A stretch of 64,000 bases of DNA from Candidatus Multivoradales bacterium (GTDB lineage Bacteria > Acidobacteriota > Thermoanaerobaculia > Multivoradales > J023). The DNA lies in the NCBI GenBank assembly GCA_965248925.1, contig CBDFLE010000006.1:2656001-2720000 (forward strand), written 5' to 3'. Each line of letters opens with the position of its first letter. Within the stretch, counting starts at the first letter, position 1. Below the pieces are notes generated by a model. That model made no database searches, was not told the origin of the DNA, and saw only the letters and a list, made by a program, of their open reading frames with translations. Position numbers and translations under genes: made by a program. This document shows, piece by piece, positions 62,498-64,000 of the stretch.

Positions 62498-64000
62498 GGT
62501 GAGTTCCCTTCTGTGTTCCCGAGGGCATTGCGCAGGCTGCCGGCTCGTGCTTGAGCAGCATCGCCAAGTTCATGGCGACCTTGCTCGAGCGGAAGTGAAG
62601 GCCAGGTGTCGTAAGTGCGTCGAGCCGACGTTGTTGTTGTGGAGGTCAGAGTTTCGGTGGCGTCGGCGGCCTGCCGGTTGCGACCGAGGCGGTCATAGAC
62701 GTAAGCGAGCAGAACCTGGGTACTGTTCTGGCGGGGTGCGAACTCGGCCGCCCGCTCGAGGATGGTGGCGGCGTCTTCCAGCTGACCGCTTTCGATCATG
62801 CCGCGAGCAGCCTCTTGGCGGGCGAGAACCCGTACCCAGGTGGGCGAACGATCACCAGTCGCCTGTAGCAGGAGTTCATTGGCGCGGCTCCTATCGCCCA
62901 TCCGCCGCAAGTTGACCGCCAAGCGCAGCAAGCCCTCTCCATAGTTGGGTGAGACCTCAACTAGGTTCTCCAGATAGTGAGCGGCCTCGAGATAGTCGCC
63001 GAACTTCTCGTGGCTAGCAGCCAGCCCCACCAAGGCCGCCTCGTTGCGCGGGTCGAAGGACAGGGAGAGCTTGAACAGGCGCCGACTACCGGCCGGAAGG
63101 TTGGCTGCCTGCAGGTAGCCAGCCAAGTTCGCCAAAGCACGGGCAGCGGTGATTCGCGAGCCCTCGGTGCCGCCTCGCTCAGCATAGGTCATGGCGATTC
63201 GTTCGATCATCGTTCGGCTGTGAGAGACCAAGGAGAAGATATTCCGCTGCCGATAGGTGCGATAGAGCTCATCGTGCGCCATCAGGATCGGCAACAAGCT
63301 CTCGACGTCTCGATCCGCCAACTCTTCGACCACTGCCATTTCGGCCGCTTGGAGAGAGCCGATGGTGCCGCGAGAGCCTTCTTGCAGAACTTGTGATTCG
63401 AGAGCAAGAATAGCTGAGCGGCCGCTAGTCTGCGAATCCGAGCGCAGCTCGGCGAGGGCCAGACGGTATTTCTCCGCCAACTTGCGTCGGCGTCGGCGTT
63501 CGGCGCGTTTGCTGGGCTCGGCCGCCGGCTTGGCTTGTGGGGTGCTATTCACAGCCTTGGCTGCTACCACCCGGTCGGCCTTGTCTTCCTTTTCCCCAGA
63601 CAGAAGCCAACGCAAGTCAGTCCACAAGAGATCTCGTTCGCGAACCTGGCCACCGAGCAGCATGATGGGGATGCCCGGAGACTTCATTCCCTTGGTGTCA
63701 TCGGCCGTGTCATCGGTGAGTATCGTGCGTAGACGATAGGAACCGGGCTCGGCCTGGGGCGCAGTGAACTGGATGCGCCAACAGCCGGGCCCGCTCTGCC
63801 GACCACTGCAAGGCTCCAGCGAATCCAGGTTGGCCGCGGCGACCACAACCGACTCACTCATCGTAGAACCGTGAACCAGCTCGACCCGCGCCGCAGGGGT
63901 AACGGCGGGCGCGAGGGTTGGCAGGAAGAGAAAAGCTTCGGTCTTTCTGCCAGCAACCAAGACCGGCCGGGTGGCGGGACTGAGCGGCTCGCCGTCAGCG
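62494..64000 (-). CDS. Large protein with C-terminal TPRs (5'-truncated by window)
   Basis: Frame open to window edge; TPR helices; stop overlaps VWA gene start. Confidence 0.75.
   Translation of the reverse strand, partial: ADGEPLSPATRPVLVAGRKTEAFLFLPTLAPAVTPAARVELVHGSTMSESVVVAAANLDSLEPCSGRQSGPGCWRIQFTAPQAEPGSYRLRTILTDDTADDTKGMKSPGIPIMLLGGQVRERDLLWTDLRWLLSGEKEDKADRVVAAKAVNSTPQAKPAAEPSKRAERRRRRKLAEKYRLALAELRSDSQTSGRSAILALESQVLQEGSRGTIGSLQAAEMAVVEELADRDVESLLPILMAHDELYRTYRQRNIFSLVSHSRTMIERIAMTYAERGGTEGSRITAARALANLAGYLQAANLPAGSRRLFKLSLSFDPRNEAALVGLAASHEKFGDYLEAAHYLENLVEVSPNYGEGLLRLAVNLRRMGDRSRANELLLQATGDRSPTWVRVLARQEAARGMIESGQLEDAATILERAAEFAPRQNSTQVLLAYVYDRLGRNRQAADATETLTSTTTTSARRTYDTWPSLPLEQGRHELGDAAQARAGSLRNALGNTEGNSP

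Overview
GC-rich (about 60-65% by eye) bacterial chromosomal window spanning the probable replication origin. The gene repertoire (VWA/TPR exported proteins, DUF3467, DUF4845, sigma-TPR regulator) suggests Acidobacteriota, possibly Thermoanaerobaculia; this is inference. Left to right: fahA locus; TetR/serine-hydrolase cassette; Rrf2-sufBCDSU-sufT operon; AI-2E transporter; HU; a small-peptide ORF plus ECF-sigma/TPR fusion; a GDH with an antenna-like insert; an orphan LivK-like lipoprotein; wzm/wzt; thrC followed by a ~1.3 kb insert (HicB/HicA-like pair) bounded by a diverged second thrC 3' end; fimT-like pilin and comEA; two lepB genes, DUF4845 and an AlkP-fold protein; rpmH-rnpA-yidD-yidC-jag-parS-rsmG-parA-parB-bactofilin; two tRNA-Ser, tadA, SRP RNA, dnaX-ybaB-recR, mutY; dnaA-oriC-dnaN-recF-gyrB-gyrA; transaldolase, CPBP, M20 peptidase, CYTH, nucleotidyltransferase; TPR, SGNH and VWA proteins. 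The best candidate for an undescribed system is a 35-aa ORF with a good RBS and a GxxIDPWG motif directly upstream of the ECF-sigma/TPR fusion. All calls were made by eye from motifs; no database searches or folding programs were run.
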